A DNA stretch of 63,016 nt, the filler included, from Rhabdomonas costata (Eukaryota): assembly GCA_019059605.1 (NCBI GenBank). It is 28 parts of 28 records of this genome, joined end to end, with 100 filler letters (N's around TTAATTAATTAA, not from the genome) between each part and the next. Parts side by side here need not be neighbours in the genome. Positions count along the whole stretch, not along the records: positions 36,088 to 38,241 come from JAHMHO010005219.1; positions 38,342 to 40,494 come from JAHMHO010005220.1; positions 40,595 to 42,747 come from JAHMHO010005221.1; positions 42,848 to 44,999 come from JAHMHO010005222.1; positions 45,100 to 47,251 come from JAHMHO010005223.1; positions 47,352 to 49,503 come from JAHMHO010005224.1; positions 49,604 to 51,755 come from JAHMHO010005225.1; 21 more parts are not named here. One strand, 5' to 3'. The position numbers and the translations under genes are program-made. The notes below the pieces were generated by a model. That model had not been told where the DNA came from and did not search any database. It was given only the letters and a program-made list of their open reading frames with translations. This document shows positions 38,224 through 49,875 of the stretch, piece by piece. Positions within the stretch are counted from its first letter, which is position 1. The number at the start of each line of letters is the position of its first letter.

Positions 38224-38450
38224 GTGAGGCATGCTCCCGCTNNNNNNNNNNNNNNNNNNNNNNNNNNNNNNNNNNNNNNNNNNNNTTAATTAATTAANNN
38301 NNNNNNNNNNNNNNNNNNNNNNNNNNNNNNNNNNNNNNNNNGGTGTTTTTGGCACCCTGTACCCTGTGCCAGAGCAAGAAATCTCTGAGTTCCAAACAGT
38401 GCTGTTCTCGGCGAAAGAAAGGAGCAAGGCAGAAGCGAAGAGAGGAGGGT

Positions 38451-39014
38451 ACCCTGCTTCCGACAGGTCGTCGGGCTTCACGGAAGCTGCCTCGAGCTCC
38501 TCTGCTGGGCCGCCCGCAAGGGATTCCGAGCTCATCTCCTCATTGCCCACCACAGCACAGGCGGGCCCACCCTTTCTCGAGGGTTTGGGCTTGGGTTTAG
38601 GTTTCGGTTTTGGTTTTGGAGGAGGTCTCCTCGCACGTGTGGCGGCTGCAGTCAGACCCTCGAGAGAGGCTTCTGCTCCAGCGGAGGAGGAGGACGAACC
38701 CACAGGCTGGTCTTGGATGGCATTTGAAGGCTCTGACAAGGCCGGCTGCTGTGGGCTTTCACTCTCCGCCTTGGATTTCACCAAGGGCTTGCCCCGAGCC
38801 GCTCTCTTAGCCGTCGCCTGAGAAGAAGCCAAAGCAGGAGCCGATAATCTCCCCGCTTGCGCAAAAAGTGCAAAATGCGCGGGGAAAGGCTGTGCGTTCC
38901 GAGAAGCTGGCACAGGTTTGCAGGCAGGGCAGGCAGGAATCACACCACGCGCACACGGCACACCTTTGCTCCACGTTTCGCAGGAGACGTCAAAACAGTT
39001 TCCGCTTCAGCCAT
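38451..39014 (-). CDS. Hypothetical basic low-complexity protein, 5' exons 39014-38964 and 38817-~38451
   Basis: MAEAETVLTSPAKRGAK|ATAKRAARGK..(PK)n via a phase-0 GT-AG intron. Confidence 0.6.
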
Positions 39015-39769
39015 TGCTGGCGGATGAGGTGCTTGGGAGCGAGGATTCACGAAGAAAGCATCAAAAAAGTTCCTCAGCTGCAGCAAAATAATGCGGCTCA
39101 AGGGCGGGAAAGTGGGTGAGCTTCGGTATATGTTTGACCGTGTACAAAAAACCTTCTTGCGCGGCAGGGCTGTGAGAAAACCTGTTTTTTTATAGCCTTT
39201 TTTCCTTTGACCCCTACGCATTCCGCAGGACCCCACTGCAGCCACTGCAACAGTCCAACCACTCCCGTTTCATTTCTCGGCCCAAACAACGCAGGCGGTA
39301 CCCCTGTTGCCCTTCCCGTGCATAATAAAAACCCTGTGTGCGCTGCTTTTGCTGTGCGGTCTACAGTCGTGTTCCTGGTTGCTTTTTCTTGCCCCTGGGC
39401 AAAACGGAAGTTTTCGGATAAACAGTTTCCCATCAGGAAAAATTGATAATAACACTATGGTTATTACCACTATGGATACCACTATGACTATTACCATTGA
39501 TTATAACCAACCAGGTTTTTTATCGGTGCTTCTGTCGTATGCACATTCTGCTCTGCTGAATGAATCCTCTCGTGTCTATTTGAAGTGCAACGCTCGAGTG
39601 AGTCCCCAGACCCACGTCACTAGAAACAACCCATCAGTGCTTCGTGGGATTGGACGCGACCTGAAGTGAAACAAAAGAATGACAGACAACGCACAAACAG
39701 AGAAGAAGCCCATAACAAAGGGGACGGGCTGCAGCTGAATGCCTCAAAGCGCGATTCCACCGTACAGCA

Positions 39770-40260
39770 TCACAGCACACAACAAGATTTCTCGCAAGCC
39801 TCACCGGGCTTCCGTTCAGTGGGTTGGGGGAGGTTCTGCAAGTACTTCACCCATGAATACCAACCAGTACCCGCAAAATTGAGCATGATTCCTAAAGCTC
39901 CCAGGGTGTTCAACGGCTTCTGAAAAAGGACTATTCCGATGCAAGTCGTGATGACGGCCTTGACGTTGCCACAGATAGCGTGGCTCAAAGGGGAATTCAC
40001 ATTGCAGTTCAAAAAGATCGAGTAGTTCATCGCCATAACAGAGAGTCCGTTGACAATGACTGTAGTTACTGCCCACGACAGGCTGCCGCTGTGTCTAAGA
40101 CCCGAGAAAGCCTCTTCCCATCCTTCCGTGATGAACACCACAACGGCGAGGAGCGGCACAGAGACCCACGAGTTATAGTAGAGCATGGAGAAGATCCTCT
40201 CCGAAACGGGGAGCTCTTTGGTCTGGCTGATAGCTTTCTTACTGAGCACAAAAGCCGTTG
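39770..40260 (-). CDS. Nucleotide-sugar transporter (SLC35/TPT family), terminal exon
   Basis: SMLYYNSWVS..MNYSIFLNCNVNSPLSHAICGNVK..GIMLNFAGTGWYSWVKY; multi-TM pattern typical of SLC35C/D transporters. Confidence 0.85.
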
Positions 40261-42148
40261 CTGAAAAACACAAAACGTGCAAGCAGCATAAAAAAAAGTG
40301 CAGGAAAAAACTTCAGCAGATTCCCCAATTTTTTCGGAATCTTCATCCTGCACCTGTGTCCAAGAGTCTCCTTTCAAAAGGAAAAAGCGTCCAGTACAAA
40401 TTTCGGGAACTTCAGAAAACTCACGCACGCACGGAGCACGCACTCCATGACTCCATGACACACCTTGGGCCAGCGAAGAGAGCATCGCAAAAAANNNNNN
40501 NNNNNNNNNNNNNNNNNNNNNNNNNNNNNNNNNNNNNNTTAATTAATTAANNNNNNNNNNNNNNNNNNNNNNNNNNNNNNNNNNNNNNNNNNNNTGTTTT
40601 TGGGAAGAAAGAGCCTCATCCCGGCAAGCGGTCGCATTCGTAAAGAAACCAAAGCGCACGGGTCCTTGTCGAAGGAAGTAGAAGGCCTCAACAACAAAAA
40701 CCTGAGTCAGAAAAAATGACTTTAGCCGCCTTGCCTGAGCTGGGATGGTACCGCAAAGGTACAAGCCACCCCCCCTTGGAAAGCACCACATAGGCTTCGA
40801 AAAGTGGTCACACAGGGCAGGCAGAGTCAAAGTGGCATGTCTAATGTCAAAGTCACCCACACTAGGTGCCGGTCCTGCCTATATGGCAGTTTTGCCCCAC
40901 GTCACCTGTTACCCATTGCACTGCACCAGAAAGACAGGTGCACTCCCTTTAAGTGAAGCAGCAATAGTCATCAAAAGAAACATAATTCAACCTTTTGCGT
41001 GCGTTTTTTTTCTCTGGATGCCGGTCATGGTGGTGAGCTTGATGCTCATGGACACGCCGGGTAGAGCAGTTCCACACCTATGTCAGAGCAGGTGCGAACT
41101 CATGGGGCTTGACGCCCGGAAACAGCACGGGCGCGCACATCAGCAGCAGAATGAATCGCCCAACTGTTGAGGATGGCGTGATGAAGAGGTCGGGTGATGT
41201 TGTCGTTGTGGATGTTCTTTCATTGGGCGCCTGAAGGCGCCACTAGAATGCTGCTGGCGGGCTGCCGAGAGGGACAGCATTAGACTTACGTGTTGTTGGA
41301 GTTATCTTTTGAGGCATCCTGCTTTCAGTCAAATCTTTGCTTCAGTTTGTTCGTGCTGTCGCGTCGCTGATGTCTTTGGAACCGTGTGGACAGCTGTTGC
41401 TGCGGTGACGTGTTTTCAAAAAAATGCCCAAAATGCCCCGCAATTTCCGGCACTTGCCCAGGGCAGTTGCCCGAAGGTCGGAATTGCCCGGTTTTTACAA
41501 TGCTTGCAGAGAGCTTGTCCCCCCCCCCCCAAGCGCGGTATTTGGCTTGGAGGAAGTCGAAATCTTTTCTGTCCGCCGAACCTGTCGTCATCTGACGCCA
41601 AAGTAATCATCCCGAGACGAGCAGAAGAACATTGCGCATGCAAAGCAAAGCAAGGTGGGTTTCCGCTCGCACCAAAATCGGCCCAGCGGAAGCGCATAGA
41701 GCAACGAACACACACATCTCCCAGACTCCAACTCCACTCGCAAAGGCCACAAAAGACACAAAAACAGCGGGGCCCAGCAAGAAGTGAGTGCAAAAGACAA
41801 GGTATGTGTTGGTGTCAGATGCATCATATGAAGAATGAAGACTAAAGTTAATGACACCCCAGACCCCAGCTTGCCAACTGGAGATAAGGGGAGGGAAGTA
41901 GTCTAAAGGTTATCTGTTTGCGTTTTGTCGCCAAGAACAGCGCCCCCTCTCCGCCCTCTGCGCACACGGCACTGAGCTGTTGCCCGAAGTGCTTTGGAAC
42001 CGTGCGGACCTCCACTGTTGCAGTGAAGAAAAGAAATTGAATTGAGGTTCAATTGATGTTTGGGCACCCCCTTGAATTTTGAGGTCTGTACAACCCTGCT
42101 TGGTTCCGCTTTTCAGTGTTTTCTTGCTGTTTTGTATCATATGAAATA

Positions 42149-42438
42149 ATGGCACAGCCAACTTACTATGACCTCTTAGGTACGTCACCTGTGTGTGATC
42201 ATTCAGCGGAGTTCGGTTGTTTACGACTGTGCACAAGTAGTTCCCAGGGTCCGCCAGAGACTTGCCGTGCCGCTGTCATTCCCTTTCGTTCTCGCACCTC
42301 CACATTGTTTTCTTCTGTTGTTTTCTCCTGTTTGTCATGCGTTTTTGCATTGCTTGCATCTTTTGCGCATTACTTTCACAATCAGGGGTAGACAATGGCG
42401 CCACGGAGCAGGAGATTCAAGCTGCTTTTGAGATCAAG
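42149..42438 (+). CDS. DnaJ (J-domain) protein, first exons 42149-42179 and 42386-42438
   Basis: A phase-1 join gives MAQPTYYDLLGVDNGATEQEIQAAFEIK (J-domain helices I-II). The HPD motif is not seen on this contig. Confidence 0.8.
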
Positions 42439-42668
42439 GTTTCGCGCCATTGTGACATACTTCTTCTTGGCATTCTACAGGTCAAAATGACCTTCCTCCG
42501 CGGTGGAAGAGCATGAACCTCTTCGGGGGCTCCTCCCCTCTCCTTGAAAAATTGGCACAGGCACATCGGACAGATCAGACATTGGAGGTCACCACAAAAC
42601 CAGAATAAAATGTCAACTTGAGCAAAAGGAAGAAAACAGGGACACTTTCCGCTCTTTTCGCTGGGTGT

Positions 42669-42744
42669 TGTTTAAGAGTTGAATTCGTCAACTTGTACAG
42701 TTCAGCCCTGACCTTTACAAGTTGACGAATTCAACTCTTAAACA
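42669..42744. repeat. Perfect 29-bp hairpin at the contig end
   Basis: TGTTTAAGAGTTGAATTCGTCAACTTGTA (42669-42697) and its reverse complement at 42716-42744, with an 18-nt loop. Confidence 0.95.
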
Positions 42745-42848
42745 CACNNNNNNNNNNNNNNNNNNNNNNNNNNNNNNNNNNNNNNNNNNNNTTAATTAAT
42801 TAANNNNNNNNNNNNNNNNNNNNNNNNNNNNNNNNNNNNNNNNNNNNT

Positions 42849-43322
42849 TTGTTGTTCACCCCAAACGACCCGGGCCCACAACAAAGTGCCCGCCTGGACG
42901 CCCTGCTGTGCCTGGGCCAGCCTGGCATCACCATGGTGAGCTTTGAGGTTATTAAGGGGAGCGCCATGGGGCTGACCTTCGGGGTTGCCCCTGTGAGCAC
43001 CTGCGGGGACCTGCAGCAGCGCTCGGGTGAGTTGCCCGGAAGAAATTCGTGGATCCCTGGGGTGAGTCTGTCTTTCGGAAACTGTGAGGCCTACCACAGC
43101 GGCACCACCACGGCCAAGACCGTCAGGGTGAAAATCGGGGATCGAGTAGAGGTGCGTGTGGACCGCAGCAACTCCAGCGACCCCATGGGAGGCACCGCGG
43201 CCTTCGCGGTCAACGGAGAAGTCGTGGGGGGTGGGGATTTGGCACTGCCGCTGGGCTTCACAGAAGATGCCTTTGTGGTGGTGTCGATGTACAATCAAGG
43301 CATTGCCGCCCGCATAGTTTAA
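42849..43322 (+). CDS. SPRY/B30.2-like domain protein, C-terminal part
   Basis: FEVI..LTFGVAP..KIGDRVEVRVD..GTAAFAVNGEVVG..FVVVSMYN follows the SPRY beta-sandwich consensus. Stop at 43320-43322. Confidence 0.7.
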   Translation: MLFTPNDPGPQQSARLDALLCLGQPGITMVSFEVIKGSAMGLTFGVAPVSTCGDLQQRSGELPGRNSWIPGVSLSFGNCEAYHSGTTTAKTVRVKIGDRVEVRVDRSNSSDPMGGTAAFAVNGEVVGGGDLALPLGFTEDAFVVVSMYNQGIAARIV

Positions 43323-45099
43323 GTGAAGCTGGCCTGAGAATGGGCAACGAATTGCGAGTTTCAGCCCTCTTTTTGACCCTCATTCTTAGACTACATGCTG
43401 GCGTCTCCTGCTGATCTGTGTCCCCAAAAAACTAGAGGCTGTGACCAACGACGGACTTGCTCACTTGCAGTGCCAGTTCCTTCCTGCGACTTAGTCTCTT
43501 TCCTTGAGCATAGCACAACCTCCCTTGCCCACTGTGCTTTTCCGTCTCTCCGATAGCTTCCTTCTCTACATTCCAACCCACACACAAACAACAAAATATG
43601 CTTGCTGGGGGACACGTGGCAATGGGTCAGAGTGAGAGATTGAGAGAGATGGAGAAGAGATTGAGGAAAGTGGTGGCCCGGTGCCCCTCCCTTTGGTGCA
43701 GTTGTCTGACAGCTGCATGCGAAGAGCGGTTTTTTTGTCTCCTCTGTGCTTAGCACTGAGGTACTTTTACCGCCCCTCTCTCTTTCCGTCCCCTTTCGCC
43801 CATCGCCCGGGTTCAGTGGGTGTTGCTTGGGAAGAAATTCCACCTCTGAACTCTCTTTGTACTCCGCCTCCTGGGCCCTCTCCGCTCTTCCTCCGAACAC
43901 TATCGCACAGGTTCCTGCCGCTCACTCCGTTGGTGCCTCGAAGACAGAGCGAGAGGAGAGGTTGGAGCTTGGAGAGAGGCGTCGTCCTCCCTCGCCATGC
44001 ACCGTGGTTACCGTCTGTTTCCCGTCTCTAGGTTTACTTTGGCTGTGCTATGTGCCCTGGGCCGACAGATTATGGGGACAAGGCCACCTGCCTGCAGGTG
44101 TGAGGTTTGGCGGAAAGGGTATGGAAGGTGGCCCACTGTATTGGGTTTTTGGGGGGGGGGTGCCTTTCCTTCTTTTCCTTTTGTTTGGTTGTGTGCCTTT
44201 GTTCCTCGTCCTCTTTGCCCTCGCCCACTCTTTCCCACAGCACTGACTGTCGCACAGGGATATGAGTGCGCCTTCCTGTTCGCCTTTTCTTTCTTTTGCA
44301 ATGCCTCTTGGAATGATGGCACAGGAAGCCTGGAGTTCTCGACATTGGAGTGTTCAGAAAAGCGCTGTTAAACATCGTAGGGAAAATCAGTTCCACGCCA
44401 ACAGATGCCCCTCTCTCACCGAGGAAGGAGTGGGTGGACGGGCGGACCAGTGGAAGCCGCAGAATTAGTGCCCAAAGTTAAATTCCGCGTCAGCGGTCGT
44501 CCCAAATGAGCAATCCCACCGCTCCGAAACGCTAGTTTCACGAAAGCTGATCTTTTGTCACAGTTGTGATATGTTGTCTTAATGACTTAATGAAGCTTAG
44601 AAATTTGGGAAATGCTCCGTTTTTTTTGCAAGCGGCTAAAAGAGGTTATAGATTCTGGCCGCCCGCCAACGTTAGGAACGTCACAAGAACTAAAACCAAG
44701 TCGAGGCTCCTCCCTCGCCTAACAGCGGTTTCTTCGTTTTGTTTTGCCTTCCGGTCTTCCTTGAAAGTCGCTTTTCAGAGCGCGGTGCCCCTTTTTTCCT
44801 CTTTTGAAGGGGTGTCCTATTTGCTCAAAGACTGTCACCACACCTCAACGTCTCTTTCTCACTGTCCTCGCTCGCCTCTCTGACAAAAACCCGAAAATGC
44901 AGACCGCACGGCGGGCCAGTGCAGACCGCCGTGCCAGCCTTGCAGGGCCCCCGCCCGGCGCCACTTCCTCCTCCACCACACACCAACCACACCCAACACN
45001 NNNNNNNNNNNNNNNNNNNNNNNNNNNNNNNNNNNNNNNNNNNTTAATTAATTAANNNNNNNNNNNNNNNNNNNNNNNNNNNNNNNNNNNNNNNNNNNN

Positions 45100-45423
45100 G
45101 GGGGGTGTGCGTATGGGATGATGCTGAAGGTGTCCATTCAACAAAATAGCTTTGAAAGGTATGATCGTTTCCTTTTCTGGATTTAGCAGAAGAGAAGCCG
45201 AGACTATCGCTTGTGACTCTCGCTCCATGCGTCGTTTCTTTTTTGCCGAAGATGTGCAACCTGTACTGTTCTGGCATCCAGGTATGGAATTGGGACGGGT
45301 GGCGGGGATTTCTCCTGACGCAATGAGTACATTGCGGCCATGGCGCTTCCCCTCAAGGTGACGACTGTGCTCCAGCAGATCCTTGGAAATGACATCACAA
45401 ATGTTGCACCGATAAAAGGGCAT
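45100..45423 (-). CDS. U1/matrin-type C2H2 zinc-finger protein, 5' part
   Basis: MPFYRCNICDVISKDLLEHSRHLEGKRH (C-x2-C-x12-H-x5-H with HxxGKxH), followed by basic KKKRR. Confidence 0.75.
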
Positions 45424-45614
45424 TGTAGCTGAGAACAAGTCTGCAGAAAAGACGACACAGCGAATCCCTCAGGGGGTAACAACTCGCTTGGGGGAGGAGG
45501 GTATGCCCTAGTCCTATTTGGCTTTGAAATCACAAAAACCACTCTGCGGCACACCGGCCGGTCCAAACGCCGCCCAAACTCCACAAGTTCCCGCCTGAAA
45601 AGCCTTGCCAGGAA

Positions 45615-46822
45615 TTACACCAAACCCGCGGAAGACACAGGCCCGTCTTTCTCTGTACTTTCTGCGGTGCACCGAGGGCACTCGCACTGAAACAGGTACC
45701 AGTCTCGGAGCACCTCCTGCCGCTTGCTTCTGGGCCACGACGGGTCGACATAGCTGATGGTCAGTTCTTCCCCCGCAGCGATGTCCCTCCGGGTCATGAC
45801 CAGGGCCTGGGAGTGGCGGTCGGTCACCCGCACGGTGACCACACAGTTCGGTTCGCAACTATGGTTCATCTTGGACTGAATGCAGAACAGGGCGCTTCCT
45901 GGGGAAACAAGCAGCTGCAGATGTTCCGTCAATACATCCTGCGAAAATAGTCCTTGCTTGATCGGAAGAAGCGACCCCGATGCACATTGTCATCGAAGCG
46001 ATCAGCTCCCAAGGGCAAGGGGCGTTCGGCAGGGTTCACTCCAATCTGTGTTTCCGTCCGGCAACGATGTCATCCCAAGCGGCAAGGCGTTCCGCAGGGT
46101 TTATCATATGTGACTCCGTAACGCGAGAAAAAGGCCACTCTCTAATGATAAGAAACATAGAGACGCACAGGAAACCTTGGCTGTGCAAATTTCCGGGTGC
46201 TGCGGTGGAAAGGACACGCTCCAGCCGAAGAAGGAACTGGTCCGATCCGTCCCAACTCAGAACGCCCTGAATGTCGAACGTGAGTGCATTCACAACACAC
46301 GTGTAGTACCGTAGAGAAGGACCCTGCACTCTGAGCTGAGGAAACGCTCGTAGTGAGTACAAGCCCAAAGGAAAACAAACTCCACTTGAACTGTCTGGGA
46401 AATACGCATGCAACTTAAAGAATGCAACTAAAAGCAATCCGCAGCTCCTAGTACAAATGAAAGTGAAAGAGATGGTATCGAGAGAATGGTGAATGAGGCA
46501 AGGAGAACACTTGCCAAAACCGGTGGAGTGGGGTTCAATGTTGAGGGCGGGCCGTGAAAATTAAGAAACGGTAGGGGAGGGGGTGTTATGAAAGGGGAAG
46601 CTGATCAATGAAAAGGTCGTGAAAACATCAACGACGAATTTGCACCTTGGTGTCGGCGGGTGTCTGGAGGTGTTGCCGCAATCGGGCCAAGGGGGATAGC
46701 ACACGGACAGTCTGCAGGTTCAGGTCCAGCCGGCACAGCAGGTCGTACCAAAGCTGAAGGGTAAACAGTTCGGGGTGGCCTGCGGCGTGAGTGGGCAGCG
46801 CGCGGCGGAGCAGCTGCAAGCC
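45615..46822 (-). CDS. SMYD-type SET-domain lysine methyltransferase, 3' exons
   Basis: GSALFCIQSKMNHSCEPN..RDIAAGEELTISYVD..RQEVLRDWYLFQCECPRC (NHSCxPN, ELxxxY, post-SET CxCxxC). Upstream exon LFTLQLWYDLLCRLDLN. Confidence 0.92.
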
Positions 46823-48237
46823 CTGGGAGAAGGGTGGGGACCCCCCGCGCAAGGGAAAACCGCCAGTGGGTGGCTGGGGGAATCGTGTGCAGGAAATGAT
46901 CACGACCACCATTGATGTCACCAAGAGATGATTAGGGTTGTGAGTACGCAGCGTTCGGGAGGCCTGCCGTATATACGCAAAAAACCCCAGGCCTGCTTCG
47001 CCTTCATCCCAGAATAACCGTGCTTTAGAAGTAAAAACAAAACCTGTCCGAGAGGTTCCCATGACCCTCATTAACAGGAGAGATAATGATTGTCAGCATT
47101 CCATTCAACCATCATTATTGTCAAGAGTAAACAGACAGATACCAGCAGAGAGTTTGGGCCAACCAAATATGAGCACAAATATTGGAGACATCTACAAATG
47201 CATGCAATGCAAAGCCACCCGGCATAGCACGGCGCGGTTTCCCCCAAAAAANNNNNNNNNNNNNNNNNNNNNNNNNNNNNNNNNNNNNNNNNNNNTTAAT
47301 TAATTAANNNNNNNNNNNNNNNNNNNNNNNNNNNNNNNNNNNNNNNNNNNNCGAGCGGGAGAGGCAGGGAATGTGGGAGAGAGGCACAGGAGCCGGAGCA
47401 GATAAAACAAGAAAAGAAGACAACCTAAAAGCCCGCGGACACTGAGGGTGCTGGCCAGAGCCAGAGCTAGCAGGGGGTGTCTGTCCAGAAACAGAGAACG
47501 ATCAAGAAAATCAGCGTGGAACACATGCCAGAGCCAAATTGCGGAAATACCCTCTCATATTCCAGCACAGCCAAAGTGTCTCCAAAAACTCAAACGGTTC
47601 GACTAGACCACATTAGACACGCCGAAAGATGATTCTTATGGAAATCACAAATTTGCTGCAACATGCAAAACGCAACCAGGCGGTTCCGAATTTGACAAAG
47701 AGATGGAAAGAGACCAAGCAACGCGAAGTGTGCATTTCAAGACAATTGGACCCATTAACTATTGGAGCAGAACGCCCCGAAAAAATCCATGGTCACAATT
47801 GTCGAGAAAAGCAGGCAACAACAAGCAAGAAGGGCATCATATCCAGAATCCCACCTGGAGATCAAGGGAGGAAGATGAAGAAGGCCGCAGAGCATCCGTT
47901 GCGACGCCAGAACCCGCACCATTTCCACCAATCTTAACAAAAGCGGCATACTTTGTGTGCTACAGGATTTTCCTGAAGTCTGAGCCCTTCATCCCGTGAA
48001 CAGAAATCAGCACTAACCCTTCACGAAACGCTCTGCGGGCACTTGAAGAACGCGGATAATGCGGATAATTGGGCGATCTCCGGTTTCCTAATATAAATTG
48101 CTCCGTGACTGCCTCCGTGAGAGTGAGAGTGAGTGTGTGTGTACGTGTTGATTATGGTGGCAAGAAAAAATTCGGGGTGGGAGTTTCAGGTGAATGTGTG
48201 ATCTTGAAAGCATGTGGCATCCTACCAAAAAGCTCAC

Positions 48238-49381
48238 CTGCTGCCGAAGCAAGCAGCACTCCCTGGTCTTCGCGTCCAGCTCATGACGAAGCCGTTCGTT
48301 GCTCTGCAAGGCCTCGGAAAGCTTTGCAGCCGTGCTTTGCAACTGCAGCGAGAGCCGGTTCAGAGCCAGGAGCGCAGACTCATAGTCGCGTGGCTTCTCT
48401 TCGTCAGGAAGGGGCGCCTGCGCCAACGTGAGTCAGGTTGTTTTTTGCAGCTGAGGGAGGGTGGTCAGGGTTTCCAGACCTTTCGCAGGTCAGAGCCGGC
48501 CTAGAATGACTTTTGAATTATCCCCGCAACACGTGAACTGAATTATGATAGACTATTCTACAAGAAGTCCGTATAAAAAAGGATGCCTTCGGTCGTCGCA
48601 CCCCTCGACCCTTAATTTAAACTCATACCAACCTTACTGCGGTTCCGTGATGCTCATGTCCATCCACTGCAAACAGCGAAATGCCAAATTGAAATGATGC
48701 ATGATGCTTTCTGTAAAAGGCAAGGGATGAGACCTGAGAAGAGCCGTTTTGCTCCAAGGATTCAGACGTCACCGACTGACCAGGTAAGGTGGCCTGCTCC
48801 GGAGAGCGAAGCTTCTCGAACCATTGCCTGTCCACTTCCTGCACAATCATATCACAATAATGATTGCTGGCACAGGAACCATTGACTAAAAGTTTTTAAA
48901 ACTGCTACCAGTCAACCAGTGTGAATTAATTCACTGCACACTCCGCACAGCCGTGACTGTTTATTTTTTTTTTAAATACTGTCTCACTCAGAACAGAACA
49001 GGGCAACAAACACAATCGGAAATGCAACAAGGCATACTCGCTCAACAAGCTGAACATAGAAGACCATCGCCTCAAGCTGCGACATGCCTCCCAGCTCCTT
49101 CCAAGCATCCCATTTGAGCTTTTCACGTACGTTCCAAGAGGAAGGTGATTTCGTATTGCAGACACCAATCGTAGCCTGAAATAAACCAAATTCTCCTTCT
49201 AAGAACAGACAACCGAAAATTGCATCTCGTTCCCCCAGCCGCTCACACTCACCTGCTGTTGCAGAGAGTACAAGGCCAATCGAATGGAAGAATTCAGCCC
49301 GCTGCAAGTTTCAATAGGATAGTGCTTGTCCATAAATTCACGCACCAAGTGAAACTTCTCCGGGAATGGAACAAGATGAGC
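48238..49381 (-). CDS. Acyl-CoA-binding (ACB) domain protein with downstream coiled coil; exons 49381-49253, 49175-49038, 48838-~48734, 48417-48238
   Basis: FPEKFHLVREF..LALYSLQQQ|ATIGVCNTKSPSSWNVREKLKWDAWKELGGMSQLEAMVFYVQLVE is an ACB signature. A later exon is heptad-rich. Confidence 0.88.
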
Positions 49382-49875
49382 CTATAAAGGAAGGGAACGG
49401 AGTTACACTTTTCCCCTCGCCCTTTCAAACACACCAGCCAGTGAATTTCGGTTCTTTGCACACAGACACTCTCCGCCTTCTCCTCTGGTACCCCCCCCCC
49501 AACNNNNNNNNNNNNNNNNNNNNNNNNNNNNNNNNNNNNNNNNNNNNTTAATTAATTAANNNNNNNNNNNNNNNNNNNNNNNNNNNNNNNNNNNNNNNNN
49601 NNNCACTCAGCACTGACTGATACCAGTGTAGCCGCGAGTGCGACCCTTGTTCACGAAGCCAAATGTCACTATGAATCCCGATTAGTTGCCACATCAACTG
49701 TGAAACAGAGAACCAAAACTGCGGAAGCTTTCAACAATAACTCAGAGAACAGGCAAGAGAGGGCGATATGCACTGACGCCCCGAAGTGGGTGGAGGGAGG
49801 ACTGTATGAGTATACCCCTTTGGAGGAAATCCAGAATATGAAGCAGTAGTAGCAAACACCCTTCACAGCTCATAC

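Noticed and set aside
39450-39508. ACCACTATG-like short tandem units
   Set aside because: A degenerate intergenic minisatellite with no unique spacers.
40990-41320. Exon-like GC-rich minus-strand segment upstream of DnaJ
   Set aside because: No consistent spliced frame or recognisable motif could be built.
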